The notes: generated by a model from the sequence alone, not told the origin. Counted from the first letter of the stretch, positions 12,301 to 25,733 are shown. The stretch is DNA of 64,000 nt from Lama guanicoe (GCA_013239625.1 MU053792.1:1072112-1136111); one strand, 5' to 3'. Program-made: numbers and translations.

Positions 12301-13239
12301 AAAATGTACAGTTATATCTAACCTATTCAGTAACAATATAACTATAATAAATTCTGCTTCCCATATTGGCTCAACAGAATGTCCGTTTATTAGATGTCTT
12401 ATTATATGCAGGCACTGTGCTAATTGCTAGGTCCAGAAATGATAAATATATGTCACTATTCCTAAGAGTTTCCCATTAAATGAGGAAGACAAACATGTGA
12501 AGAAATATTTACACCACAATGTGATACTCAAGAGAATTGTACTCTGAGTTATTCGAATAACCTTGTTACTTTTGGAACCAATAGCATAATTTGTTGAGCT
12601 AGTTAGACAGTTATGATTGGGAATGTTGTCAAGAAGTTAATAAGATGAATAAAGCTACCTGACCTGTAGAGTTATTTAGTAATGGCATTGTTTTCTGGAA
12701 CTATCATGCTCTATCCAACTAAACAAACAAGTACAGATAGATGAATCTCTGGACTTTGTTACTATAAGGCTGGTCTTTATTGATTTGTGAGCAAACTGTC
12801 CTCTCATTAACCACCAAGAATGTGACTGCTTTGGTTTCTATTTTTTGGTATACTTTGTAGGGTCTCTTAGAATTGTTTTTAAAAAATTCTGAAAATCGTA
12901 CCTAATGACAAATAATTGAAAGATATTAAAATCTGGCTTTAGACTCCCTCTTCCAGAAGATATATATTTGTGATTATGTTGATGGGGAGTAGAAGGAAAG
13001 AGATACAAGGCTCTAACCCATATTGGGTTTATAAGAGCTAGAGAAATGTTTAAGGGAACGAGATGCCTGCATTATCAAGAGATTCTGCAATGCTGGTCAG
13101 GCTCAACACACCAAAAAGAAAAAAAAGCCATAGAGCTAAGATGTATTCTCTGAGGCAACCACACAAGAGAAAGCATGTAATCCCAGCCATTGTGCAGGTT
13201 TAAAGTGTTAAGCATTTGAACAAGAAGGAAAATGAAGCC

Positions 13240-13535
13240 TTGATATTCGAGGAATGGAAGACATGCTGTTTCTAATACTTACGGAGACGGCAACCTAGGA
13301 CCAAGGATGGAAAGTTATTACAAGGGGGGTAAAATTACATTTCAATGTTAGAAAGAACTTTCTAATAGACCTGTTAAAAAATGGAGGTAGTGAGCACTTT
13401 ACCCTGAAAGAACTGAATTAGAATTTGGAAGAAAATCATCTGTCAAGGGTGTTTTAGAATTCAGAGGGGCTTTAACAGGTCGGAGCTGTATTAGATTCCA
13501 AGGTGAATTTCAAGTTTGATATGAGTCTATGATTT
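13240..13535 (+). mobile_element. L3/CR1 LINE 3' fragment
   Basis: 'aggaccaaggatggaaagtta...tcaatgttagaaaagaactttctaata...ggtagtgagc' resembles the CR1/L3 3' end. Confidence 0.6.
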
Positions 13536-14099
13536 AGAAGAGTTATCTTTTGATAAGTGTGTAATATCATCCTGTGATTAAATTCTATTTATGTTTTTTA
13601 AATCTGATGAAGCATCAGCATCATTAAATATAATTTATAAATACATCTAGAATTTTAAGATATAAAGATATCCTTTCAAATCACAGAATTTTTTATTAGA
13701 ATCACTACATTTAGCTATATAGCTACATTTACAGTGAAATAAGAACAATAATTTAGGAGAAAATCTTAAATAATGGTCTTTCAAAAGCTTCTATTCACTA
13801 TAAAACAAATGTGCACCTACGGTAGGCAGAAGGAAAAATCCACATTATATATAGTTCACTATAAATGTCAGCACCATTTACAGACCTTTTTCCTGAGTAA
13901 TTAAAAAAAAGAACAAATTTCCTTCAATAAGAATGCTCCTACAATGATGTACTTTTAAGACTCAAGTCTTACTGCAATCTTGAGTATGCAGAATCATTGA
14001 ACTCAAGTTACCGAGAATACCCAAATGCTAAATAAATGGAAGCAGTAAGCAATCAGGTGAAAATGTGTAAATAGAATGTAGAAATCTTTGGTTGTGTAC

Positions 14100-14700
14100 T
14101 CCTGTGTAGGAATTTGCTGGGCTAATTACCTGCCACATGCCATAGTCTTTGATAACTAGTTTTATTCTAAGTATGGCTCTATAAAGTGGAGAAAAGTTTT
14201 TTCTTAAGTTGAACCAAAATCTGCTGCTTCCCTATAAATTCTAGCCTTTGTTTTCAGGTTGCCCTAAAGAGCTGCCCATTGGAAGACATTTCTGAGTCTT
14301 ATACACTCAATTCTAAATATGTGTTTCCAAACACAAGGTCCAATTAGACCAAGAAGGATGATCTAATAGTAACACCATATATTCAACAATATATTTAATC
14401 ATTATATTTATTGCTTCCAAATCTAAACAGATGTTTTCCTATTTCTTTGACTCTGATTTTCAAATCACATGCTTTGAGGCACACTGAACACTATTCAGTT
14501 GCTCTTATTGGTATCTGGGAAAGATGGAACCATGTTGCAGGATGTGGTTGCTCTCAAACAATATTCTAGCTTCCAAGGGTAACATGGAGTAAATACTACT
14601 ATGATAAAGACCTCTTTCCCTCCCCATACCAGCGCTGAGTGTTATGGGAATGTAGTTAGTTTTGATTATGCAAATATTCCCCATATTGCTTAGTCTCACA
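14100..14700 (-). mobile_element. L3/CR1 LINE fragment
   Basis: 'gaaaagtttttcttaagttgaaccaaaatctgctgcttccctataaattctagcc' is the reverse complement of the same L3 motif. Confidence 0.5.
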
Positions 14701-17575
14701 GGTAACAGATGAACAAAAGGTGCTCCACACAGTAAATCAAGTTTGAAGATCGCTCTAAATGTTCATTAACTTTGACCTTATATAAATGTTGAATTTAGTC
14801 TTTTTAATATTTAATAGTGGCACATACCCACTTTCAATTTTAAAAGACATTACTGTATTAGAATTTTCTGCATGCATAATCCAAATGTGGTGGACCAAGA
14901 CAAATACTGAAGGATTTAGAAATGCCAAATAGTATTTTTCCACAAGAATGAAAGCAATCTGGATAATGAGCAGAATTACTCTCTCTTACACTGCAGCATT
15001 GGCTGAAGGATGGTAATGAAAGGAAAGTAGACTTTAAAGAAGAAAAACAAAAAAGACTAAAGAAAGAAGTCATAGATAAAGGGATGTTACTTCCTGACCT
15101 TACCGGCAGAGAAACGGCTCCTCCTGAGGGCACTGAGAACAGACTTGAGAGATCACTGAGATTTGCACGTCAGAGATCCAGAATGGAAGGTGAGGCCAGA
15201 ATAATATATATGGTTCTCAGTGAAGCCAAAGTGATTGGCAAGATCAGAAAGAGATAACCAACTTAGTCAATGACCATGTGTGTACATGGTTGGGTTCCTT
15301 GAGGATTTTTCAACACAGAGAACCATTTTTCAATAACCACTTGATAGATAAAATTAAAGTGTTACCTTTACCAGATGATGCAAAATTAGAGAGAACAAGG
15401 TCAATGATTAACAGAGCCAAGCCCAGCACAGATTGTGATGTGCCCAGGGGGAAACAAACAAACAAACAGTAAGTACAGGAGGAGTTTGGGGTTTTATGAC
15501 CAGACAGACTCCTTTTCTTGCAGTTACAACTGATGAAGAGCACTCAGGTACAGATGTAAAGGGATGGCAACAAATGAAAATGATTAACAAGTGACCTGCA
15601 GCAGTTTTGGAAACTAAGGCAGAAAGCCTTGTGCATTAGAAAGTGTATTAAATCAAATGCAGAGGGAGCCATCTAAGCTTTGATAACAAGGATATTTCTA
15701 GTAACGTTATTAGAAATCAATGGCCAATGAGAAGAACGGTAGAAATCAAGATATAATAATGAATCAAGATTAGGAAAGGATTCTACTTTGCTTTAGTTTC
15801 TCCTTTCTGGAAAGATGAACAATTCCTAGAGTCATTGCTTAAAAACAATATTTATTTTTTTTAACATACTCTCATTTATATATGCTTAAATTAAGACTTT
15901 TAGTAAATCCACATACAGGTCACCCAAAGTATTATGTTCTTTCTCAAATAACTTGTTTTCAAAGCCACACATTCACACAAAAGAAAGCCTCCCCTGAATT
16001 GTTTCTTTTTCTCTTACACATGCACACAGAGGAAAAAGAGCAGAGCCAATGAAGGTAGACAGGGAGGAAGCTGCCAGTTCTACAGAATACTTTGTATGCA
16101 ACCGTCATCGGATTAGGGACAGTCTCCGATTTTGGAACTGCACAATAACTTAGTCTAATATCCTGTTCTACTTTGAAAAATATATTTGAAGCTTATGATT
16201 GCATAAATTTATATGGTAAAAGACCTGCATTTCAGTATATTTCTACATCTAAAGAATATGTATATTTACAACAGATTAACATTTACTACAGTATATGAGA
16301 AACTACATTTAATTCCAGAGAAATAGTCTACACATTACCTGAGCTGTAAATCAGGAGGCTTAAAACCTGAAATGCCTGTACCTTTAAGACTGACTAAAGA
16401 AACATGTCCTCGTACAAGGCAGAATCATCTTAGCTGAGAACAAGGATGATTAATACTCTTTCATTGTTCGGGTTAAAGATGATTAAACATCTAATCAGAT
16501 GCAAGTTTTTGAGTACTACTATCAATACTGAAAGCCCAGCTATATTTTTAAATTTAGGAAATAATTCACTATAACTTACTGAAGTAGTAAACATACACAG
16601 TGCTTTACAGCTGGTATATATCATCATAGGAAACTGGCATGGTACTAATTGAAATGCTGAAATTTCCTATTATAACTCAAATTTGGACATGTAAAAGTAT
16701 AAGAAATGTCAACAAGGGTGATCCACTTATCTACAGGTCAGATTTCTACATCCTCACATTGGAAACTGGCAACTGATAGGAAAAAAGTATTTTAGGACAA
16801 TCATCCCATAATTTAAGAACCTCACTCAATGGGTTACAATGTTAAGATAAACTCAGGTCAGCTGTAACTTAGAATTAATTAAATCAAGAATGCTACTTTA
16901 CTGAGCATGAGCCAGAAAATACGACAAATAATCTTGCTGGAAACTGACACGAACTAACACTGAGAACTAAGACAATCAGCAATTTTTAAGGCATTTCAGT
17001 AACTGCCAATGGCATTGTGGCATAACAATACGGTTACATTATGCTCTTAATGAAGAGTTGAATCATACAAAGAGATAAACCATATTTACTGTACAGTTTA
17101 GAAGGCAGGGGAAATACACTACATTTCAGAAATTTCCTGACTAAAAGTGATGAAAGAAATGAAAGGGCTTAGAAGCAGCTAACCAATGATTGGAAAAAAT
17201 AGGAATTCAACAGCTTTTATACCTATAGTAACAAGGTAGAATTCTCACCTCTAATTTATTTTTCACTTCATGTAATACAGAGTGTAAATAAACTGTTTTT
17301 ACTACCTAAAGAGATTCCTGCCATTTAAATTGCACAAATCTGTTAACTCTGATTCATTTTTAACTAGTCTTTCATGGATAAAGTACTTCAAAAATCAACA
17401 CATCAAAGCCTATGAGTTTTATTTACATATGAAAATACTAAGTATTCTAGATTCTACAAGATTAAATTAAACACAGTGTAATTTTTGGTAAAATGTATTC
17501 TGTATTTTAAGTTTCTGGAAATTGCTAATTCATAGATGGTGTACATTCATAGTAATTCTCTAACAGAAGATGCAT

Positions 17576-17581
17576 TTTATT
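17576..17581 (-). terminator. Candidate proximal poly(A) signal AATAAA for KBTBD3 (other candidates at 17418-17423, 17255-17260, 15851-15856)
   Basis: tttatt on the + strand ~100 nt past the stop codon. Which signal is used cannot be determined from sequence. Confidence 0.35.
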
Positions 17582-17679
17582 AGGCTGTGAAGACCTTTTT
17601 ACCAACAATTAAGGTTAACAAATTTACTGCAGGTTTCTAGAGCTGTAGTAGTTTTAGGATGTCTAATCACAAACTACTT

Positions 17680-19282
17680 TTAGTAATGATTAGAAAACCA
17701 TGGGTCCCTGTATTTATTAAACTGAATCGCCTGGCAGTAAAATTCGGTTAAGGCTCTTGGCATTGGTGAAACTTCTTCCCACTCGGACCTGCTGCTGTGG
17801 TAGACCTGGACTTCATCTGTGATTTCATCTGGTGCATAATCACCACCTAATATATAAATTTTATCTTCAATGCCAACTGCACCTGCGTTAAAGCCTGCAC
17901 ATTCAAAAGATCCTTCACCCTTCCAAACGCAAGTATCTGGACAAAAACTATAAACCTTGTAGGTGGAAAGGTCACATATATACAGTGTACAGTTTACTGG
18001 GACAGCTTTAATTAGTGTTGCGTGAAAAAACTGCCCAAACTCTGCCACTAGTTCAGACCACTGATCGGTTGTGGCATTGTATTTAAAAAAGCAGTCAAGT
18101 GATGGGTTAAAAGCATCTGTAATCTCTACCTCTGATCCAAGAACATAAATTACATTTTGGCATGCACTTGCTTCGGGATAGTAGATGCCCCTGGGCAATG
18201 GGCTAACAGATATCCATTCTTTGGAAAGAGGGTTGTAAGATTCAACAGCTAAGAGACTTCTAATGTCCTGAGAGCCTTTAGTCTTACCACCTATGACAAA
18301 TAATCGATTGAGAGCCATAACTGATGTATGCATGGTTCTTGGTGTTTTCATGGTTGATACCAGGAAGAAATCATTTTTGACTGGACAGTAGCACCAGGTT
18401 TGATCAGTGGCATCATGATATGACTCTGCAATATGGAGCCGGACGGTTCTGCAACACGGCCCTTTGCAACCACCTGTCAAGAATATTTTCTCCCCGTAGC
18501 TAGACAGACTAGATCCTGGCAAATCAATTAGGTGTGACTGTGGCAGTATTTTCCATGAATCACTTTTAATATTATAGCAAAATGTGTATTGATTTTCTCC
18601 ATTTTCCTCAGTTTTGTGAACAAATATGTATTTTTCAGTTGTGGAGGGTCGGGCATCAGGGAAAAGTCCGCCAGAACCTTGCACACACTTAATCGCATCC
18701 ATGATCACGTCAAAACAGTCTGTGCTTTTGAGTAAACACTCTTCATTGAGCAGACAGTCTTGAAGTGTCTCCTCAGGTAAGTGATATAATCTTACTTTTT
18801 TAATCAAATAAGGCAGATGCTTTTGCCTTGATTCTAAGTTATGTTTAGTCCAACTGAGGACGACTTTCAGTACAGTTTCTTCTTCGGGAACATTTAATTC
18901 ATCTGATTCCAGACACTTCTGTAGTACTCCAAAATTTAACTCTAAGAAATCACTGGATTTAAATACTAAAGAAAAGTGATGTTGTACAAAGTATAAAGCA
19001 TGATCAAACAAACGGGTAGAGCCATAGCTATCTGAGATAGATAATAACTGTAAACAGTTGACAAGATTAATATTTTTTATTAAAAAGTCACTGCAAGCTT
19101 TGGATAGGAAGGAAACTTGAAGAAACGATGACAACTGGAGAAACATTTCCACATTATCATCTGTTATCTTTGTTTTTCCAGTATAGGCATAATCAAGAAA
19201 CGCTTTTACTGCTTTGGAGGACAAATTAGTAATGGTAACACTTCCACCATCTCTTTCTTTCATGTTTACTTCAAACATAGCC
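17680..19282 (-). CDS. KBTBD3: Kelch repeat and BTB domain-containing protein 3, last coding exon (BTB C-half, BACK, Kelch repeats)
   Basis: Open frame AMFEVNMKERD...FLDYAYTG...Kelch GG motifs (FLTGG, FVIGG, YILGG)...RDPWFSNHY*. Acceptor TTTTTGCAG|G at 19283-19284 and TAA at 17680-17682. Phase matches the upstream exon (AG|G = Arg). Confidence 0.97.
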
Positions 19283-20734
19283 CTGCAAAAACAAAGAACA
19301 CAGAAGAACAAATAAAACAGGAATATGTTATCCCACGATAATTTTTGATGTTACCTTGAAGAGGTTTCCTCTACTCTTAGGTTGGTTTTAAAATATATTT
19401 CTGAAATGTATTTTAAAAGCATCCTAATATATTACTTTAATATCTGTAATAGAAACCAAATTACTTATCTGTCAAACATACATATTCCATAACTCTTGTA
19501 TTGCAAAATATATACATTATAGCTGAGCTACAGCAAATAATTCAAAGAAGGCTACAAAAAGATTCAAATTTTGTACACTGATTTGATGTTGTCATACGTT
19601 ATTCATAAAATTAAGAGTAAAATCTAAGAGCTGAATTAATTTATTTATGGGTTAAACAGCATCAACCCTGCAGGTGATAATAAAAATTACTTAAAATTTA
19701 TCAGGCTTCTGAGTTTAGGATTTAAAAATCTTTTTCAAAATAATTTTCAATTTGGTAGGAGTGAAATATGTGAAATACGGAATGTAGTGAGGTACCAGAT
19801 GTCTCCAATGAATCTATCTGTGTGGGGAAATCCACCAAAGATAAACTTAAATACACATCTAAGAACACACTTCATGCAGCACTTTAGGAAAAAGGGAATA
19901 TAATTTTATAAAATGAAACAACAGTGTTATCACCAAACCAAAAATGCTAAAAATAAGTTTTCATAGAAATAGCCACTGAGAGACGGAGATTGGTCTCCAG
20001 CTTTGAATAATCAGACCGGCTTTGGTAAAGTTGGTAAAACTCTAAGGAGGTGGGAACTACTTTGGCTCAGTTTAAGCACAAATATAAATTATTTAGAAAT
20101 GTTTGGGTAAGAGACTAAGAGATATTTTACAATTGGCTTTGGTAAGAACAATACTGCCATCCATCCTTATATTAACTTCATATCCAGAGTTATTCATCTT
20201 TATACTTCAAACAAACCCATTATGATGGTTGTCAGCAGAACTGCAAAAAAAGATTAAGATTAAAGAGGACAGCACGGCAGCGGAGAGCTAAGGACGGCCA
20301 GCTGAACATTCATTAGGACTGAAGATCACCTGATTTGGGTTCTAGTTTAATCCTGGTTTGTATTTGTACCATATTGTCCAGAACACCTTTGTGAGCAGTG
20401 CATGGGTGCCCAAGCCCTCCGGGGAAAAACAAATTTTCATTATTGGAGCCTACTCTAGAGGGTAACTAACTAAAGCTACTAAGAAAAGCACTAGCGTCCA
20501 ACTGAGAAGTGCGAGGAGCCTTCTAGATACAGCCCAGGCTTTAGGAAAAGGATGAGGAAGCACCTTCTCACTAGTGGGTATTCAATACTTCTTAATAAAC
20601 AATAACAAATAAAAATAGTGACCAAGATGTATACATGTTACACATTAGGCAGGATATTTCAGTAATGTATGTCAACTTAGAAACTGTGATAATTATGTGA
20701 GATTATTAAGATCCCTATAAGTGAGGGTAGTAAT

Positions 20735-20930
20735 AAGAGCACGGCCTCTAGAACAGAGCTGCCAAGGTGGGTATCCTGCCTGCCTCACTTACTAACTGTG
20801 TGGCCTTGGGGCGGTAACCACCTCTCTGCGCTTCAAATCCCTCATCTGAAAATGGGAGACCAGTAGTACCTACTTCACTGCATTGTAAGAGGAATAGCTG
20901 AGTTAAATGATGCAAAGTATCAGCTGCTAA
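20735..20930 (+). mobile_element. MIR SINE
   Basis: 'cctcacttactaactgtgtggccttgggg...cctcatctgaaaatgggagaccagtagtacctacttc'. Confidence 0.8.
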
Positions 20931-21720
20931 TATCTTTTTAAGAAAATAAATGTTTTCTATCATCCTACGTATTTCTAATTTACCATCAGCTTCCACATTT
21001 TCTTGGAGAAGACACATGTAGTATCATATTTCTATACTTCCTCCTACTCATCTTTAAAGTATCCAGTTAACTTCTGTCTCAAATTTGCCATGTTATCATA
21101 AAATGGTTACACAACATGATTCCTTTTCAGTCTTGTCTCCAGTTATTTTACATTTCAATCGTAATTTTCATTTTCCAAAAATACTATAAAGGGCATTTAT
21201 CATGCACTGTGTACTTTTCTGCTACTTTTATTTTATATACCCCAATATTCCAGTAAGCTTATATCCCAATATTCCAATGAGTTTGGTCATAACACAAAAT
21301 TATGAATTAGTAGCTTTATCATAAGAGTGCCAATTAGACAGATTTCTATCTACATTTGTACATATTTTTATGAACATCATATATTCATTTAGTAAAATAC
21401 TATATATAATCAAGGATCTAGATCATTATAAAACTGTCATTTGTGTTACTTCAAATTTTAAAAAATGTATTTTTCTAACAGTAATTTTTAAAAATTGAAA
21501 GTAGATCCCTAAAAAGCTAGGAGTGGACTGAACAAAGTACTACAGACAAGAATTATGTGAAGATACATTTAATTAATAAATAATTTCAACATAAAGAGTA
21601 GCAGACAGCCAATTCAAACGCTTACATGTACTTCTTATTTTGTTTACAGGAAAACTTTCTAGGGAAATAAACCTGCGTATTCATACCAATTTATTTCCAT
21701 TTTGGGGAGCTAGGTTTTGA

Positions 21721-22020
21721 AAATAATAATAATAATAATAATAATAATTGCAGCTAACATTAACTGAGTGTCGTGGTAACTGACCTAATCGCTACATACT
21801 CATTTCATTTATTCATTTCATTTCCTTATAGTGCTCCTAATGACTCTATGAGTTAGGTTCTATTTTTATTATCTTAATTTTTTACAAATAAGGAAACTGA
21901 AGCCTGAAGAGGTCAGGTAACTTACCTAAGGTCACAAGTCTAATAAGAGGTGGAGCTGGGATTTAGATTTAGGACATGTGCATTAAGAGGCCAAGTACTT
22001 AGCCATGATACTGTACAGCC
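21721..22020 (-). mobile_element. MIR SINE preceded by an (AAT)n microsatellite
   Basis: (aat)n at 21722-21748, then 'tttacaaataaggaaactgaagcctgaagaggtcaggtaacttacctaaggtcaca'. Confidence 0.75.
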
Positions 22021-23368
22021 TCCTCTGATGAAGAGGTGCTATGAAGGATAAACGAGCAAAAAGGGTTCTTTGGAAGAAAAACGGGATTAGAAGAAAGGTG
22101 GGAAGAAACTGGTGGAACCTGAGAGTTGAGAGAGCATAAGAAAAGGGCTGCAGTGGAGTGTTAAGAATGACTTAGGTTAACTGGGAGAAGAAATAAAAAG
22201 AATAAATGAAGACACTGAGTATAGTTAGGTAAATAGCTAGCGATAGCTGCAGCCCCCTTGTCCCCAGTAAACTGTGATGCAGCTCTGAGACACTGCTCCC
22301 CAGTATAAAGCAGGAACCCCTGCAGAAACAGGTGTTTAGCAAGTAACAGATACCAAAAAGCTTGCTGAATGAAGTACAGCCTTTAAGATTTACTCTGGAG
22401 CAATAAGGGTGCAGTCTAATTAGATGTTGGTAGTATAACAGGAGTTAAGGATTAAAACCAATATAAGTTAACTTGCATCTAGGTGTTTTTATCAAGTTTA
22501 CTTGTTAGAGGTTTAAACCCTGCTTGCTTAGAATAAAAATTGCTTCTAAAATTGAGCATAGTGCAGAACAGTGCAATCAGGATTTGAGTTTATTGCAGCA
22601 TGACTAGGAGGGCTAATGGTCAGGATGTCAGCAAGAGATGTTTGGCCAATTAAGCCTCAAAGGACAGTATTGCCTTGTTACAGTTACCATAGTACTAAGA
22701 TATGTGTCTGACCCTTAACCTTGAAGAATCAGAAACCCGTTGTCGTCACAGTGGATTCCTAGTGTCATGATTAGGACACTCATTGTGGGATGATCTACGT
22801 GGGGAACCAAATTATAGTCAGAAGATTGCCTCGAATCAGAACAAACTGGATGCTCTCCAGAAATGCTTCTGGAGGTCCTTTTCCCTACTGTGGGACTATT
22901 TTGGCTAACGAGAAGAGAAATTCTCTGGGTTAGAGTTCTTCACCACTGGACAATCCATGGATATAATATATAACCGAAATGCGTTTTCTTCTCAGACTCA
23001 TTTTTTTTTTAAAGGTGGCTTCCATTTTTGCTCAATGTGTCCTTTCCTCTTTTTCTAAATGATACAGTGCAGGGATCCCCTAAACAAAACTGACCCTATA
23101 TCAAAACAACTTTCTTCCAGAACATTTCAAGGGACTAACATTCCATAGATTTTTGGGAAATGCTGGCCTGGGAAGACCTGAGCTTTAAAACAGGCAGTCT
23201 TCAATTTTCATATTCAAAAATCATTAGTTAATCTAGGTTCCAATTAGCTTTTTTAAAGTATTAAAAATTACTGTCCCATGCTCTGTGGGGGAAAAATTGA
23301 GTACAGTCACAAAAAATAATTTAATTAGTGGTATAAAATCTGAGGGATCTGGAGACAAGAAAAAGTAC

Positions 23369-23589
23369 CTGAAAAAGTCACTGCATGCTGCTAACACACA
23401 ACGATGACATGGGATTGTTTCATCTTTCATGATTATTTTGAAATCATAAAAGACATTCTGTTCTCTAAAATTCTGTAGTATACTTAAGATTTTCTGTCCA
23501 TGATCTTCCGACACAAGGAAGTTGTTTTTCTTCTCAGATGAAATTCTATTACACGGGCTTTGTTGATGGAAACCATATGAATTATCCAT
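23369..23589 (-). CDS. KBTBD3: KBTBD3 first coding exon (N-terminus and BTB start)
   Basis: MDNSYGF...HGQKILSILQNFREQNVFYDFKIIMKDETIPCHRCVLAACSDFFR. Donor AG|GTACTT at 23368 and acceptor T10-ATTCCAG at 23614-23615. 221+1603 nt = 607 aa plus stop. Confidence 0.95.
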
Positions 23590-24384
23590 AGCCAACTCCA
23601 CCTGTTTTTAGAACTGGAATAAAAAAAAAATCACTGATGTAGCAGAGTCCTAACAAGATTTTCAGATCCAAAATTTGCCTTCATAAGGTCAATGACACAA
23701 AAATGCCCAAGGAGAGCAATCCTAACAGTAAAACTCGTCCTAAGCATTTATTCTCATGACATTTCGCGTTTCTTTTAAAATTTTTATGAATATTGAGCTC
23801 ACTGGACTAAAAAATATATGATTAAAGGGTAAAGTTCAAGGTTATACAATTATGTTAAACAGCACAATTTATAAGTCATCACTTACCCAAGATGTTGACT
23901 ACGTGACAGTTCTGTTACGTGTAAGAGGTATTGTTTATACAGCAGTTATCATTTGGGTCTGTGTACCCAACACATCCCTCTCCCCTCCCATCCATTTTCT
24001 TCTGGTAGCAAAGCAGATGTTAAAATGTTGATCTTGAAACATAGGTATATGCCCTCTGGAGTTAGACTTTTTACAGGACAATTAGTTGTAAAAGATCAAG
24101 GTGTTAGATTGTATTAACTGGTTATGGCCTTTAGTAAGAAAGAAAAAGGGCAAATATTGGTCCAAGTTGGCCTATTTGAAAGCAGGAAGGCCGTTTAAAT
24201 ACAAGGTCAGAAACCCAAGATAGTTGAAGGCCAGATAACTGTGACTTTCCCAAACTGCAAGTTTAGTTCTAAGCATAAAAGTTTACACCACAAAAAGCAA
24301 GAAAGTAGGAAATAGAAAGAAAAGAATTGGGTTCTAGGGGAGCCAGAGAAATAGGGAAACTTGATTCCTTAGTATATTCTGTTC

Positions 24385-24800
24385 TGGATATTTAGCACTT
24401 TGCAAAATCACTCCAAAACTTAGTGGCTTAACACAGTAATTTATTACTGCTCACGGTTCTGCAGATTTAGATGGAGCGTCTTGCTTGGGGGCTCTCACAC
24501 GGTTAGTCAGGTGGCAATTCTGGCTGAAGTCACCTCAGGCCCGACTGGGTTAGAGGCCCAATACGGTTTCTTCATTCACATTTCTGATGCTTCAAAGGGG
24601 ATGGATGGCTAGCACACACGGGGCGCTCTCTCCCTCCCCTGAGGTACGCTCTCCACGTGGCTACCTTAATGCTTCCTCACAGCATGGCAGGCTCAGGGTG
24701 GCTGGACTTCTCACATGGTGGCTGGGGTCTCTCACGGGGGGTATTTCGAGCGCAGGTGGAAGCTAGACAACTGGAGAAGTAGTCTGAATGATCCTACAGC
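24385..24800 (-). mobile_element. MLT1 LTR
   Basis: 'aaaatcactccaaaacttagtggcttaacacagtaatttattactgctcacggttctg...cttcctcacagcatggcagg'. Confidence 0.65.
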
Positions 24801-24969
24801 ATCAATCAAGGCTTCAGTCTAGGACTCAGACGATCGGTAACTGTGTTGTCCAACACAGTAACCAAGAGTCATATAACCTATTTACATTTGACTTACTTAA
24901 AATTAAAATTAAGATTTTAGTCTCTTGGTTGCCCTAGCCATATTTCAAGTGGTCCGTAGCCATATGTAG

Positions 24970-25430
24970 TGTAATGGGTACTCTTTTATGTGTCAACCTG
25001 ATTGGACCATGGGGTACACAGGTATTTGGCTGAACACTGTTTCTGGGTGTCTGCGAGGGAGTTTTCGGATGAGATGAACGTCTGAATGAGCAGACTAAGT
25101 AAAGCAGATTGCTCCCCTTAATGCGAGTGGGACTCACTGAATCCAATGAAAAGCCTGACTAGAACAAAACACCAAGTAAGAAAGAAATTATTTTTCTTTG
25201 CCTGTCTTTGAGTAGGAATCCCAGACTTCTCCTGCCTTTGGACTAAGATTTGGATTGCAACTTTACTATTGGATTTCCTGGACCGGCTTTCTGACTAAAG
25301 ATCTTCGGACTTCTCAGCCTCCATAATTACATAAGGCAACTCCTTACCGTAAATCAACCAGTCAATCCATCCATCCATCCATCCATCCTTCTATCCAATA
25401 GGCTCTGCTTCTCTGGAGAACCCTAATACA
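24970..25430 (+). mobile_element. MLT2 (ERVL) solo LTR nested in a MER3/MER33-like hAT element (~24840-25510)
   Basis: TGTAATGG...'ttttatgtgtcaacctgattggaccat'...'tctctggagaaccctaataca', with an internal (ATCC)n. hAT sequence resumes on both sides. Confidence 0.8.
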
Positions 25431-25733
25431 TGTGCCTAATGGCTGTCATATTGTACAGCACAGAGTATTTTCATCACCACAGAAAGTTACTAACTAGATA
25501 ATGTACTATATAAAGAATAATATGCCTGGATAAGAGTGCATGTGCACGCATGCACAGGGGGCAGTAACAAGGCGTTGTAATCTGCAGTAATACTGGGGAA
25601 ATAAGTTGCAATGCAGTGTTCTGAGCAGCTGTAAGTAGGAAGACATATTAAGAATGAGAGTGGGTGGCATGGAAGGAGAGAGATAATGAGGGGTTTGGGA
25701 GCAGTTCGGAAGAAAAGTAAGGCAGAAAACAGT

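Noticed and set aside
19283..19311. N-terminal MFFCVLCFC of the 543-aa ORF
   Set aside because: This is the intronic polypyrimidine tract; the exon starts at 19282.
21238..21285. Short direct repeat 'cccaatattcca' x2 (similarly 'gatctgcattc' x2 at ~59719-59755)
   Set aside because: Two-copy slippage-type duplications; no array, spacer structure or CRISPR context.
23233..23368. C-terminal YFFLSPDP... of the 122-aa ORF
   Set aside because: Read-through past the GT donor at 23368 into the intron.
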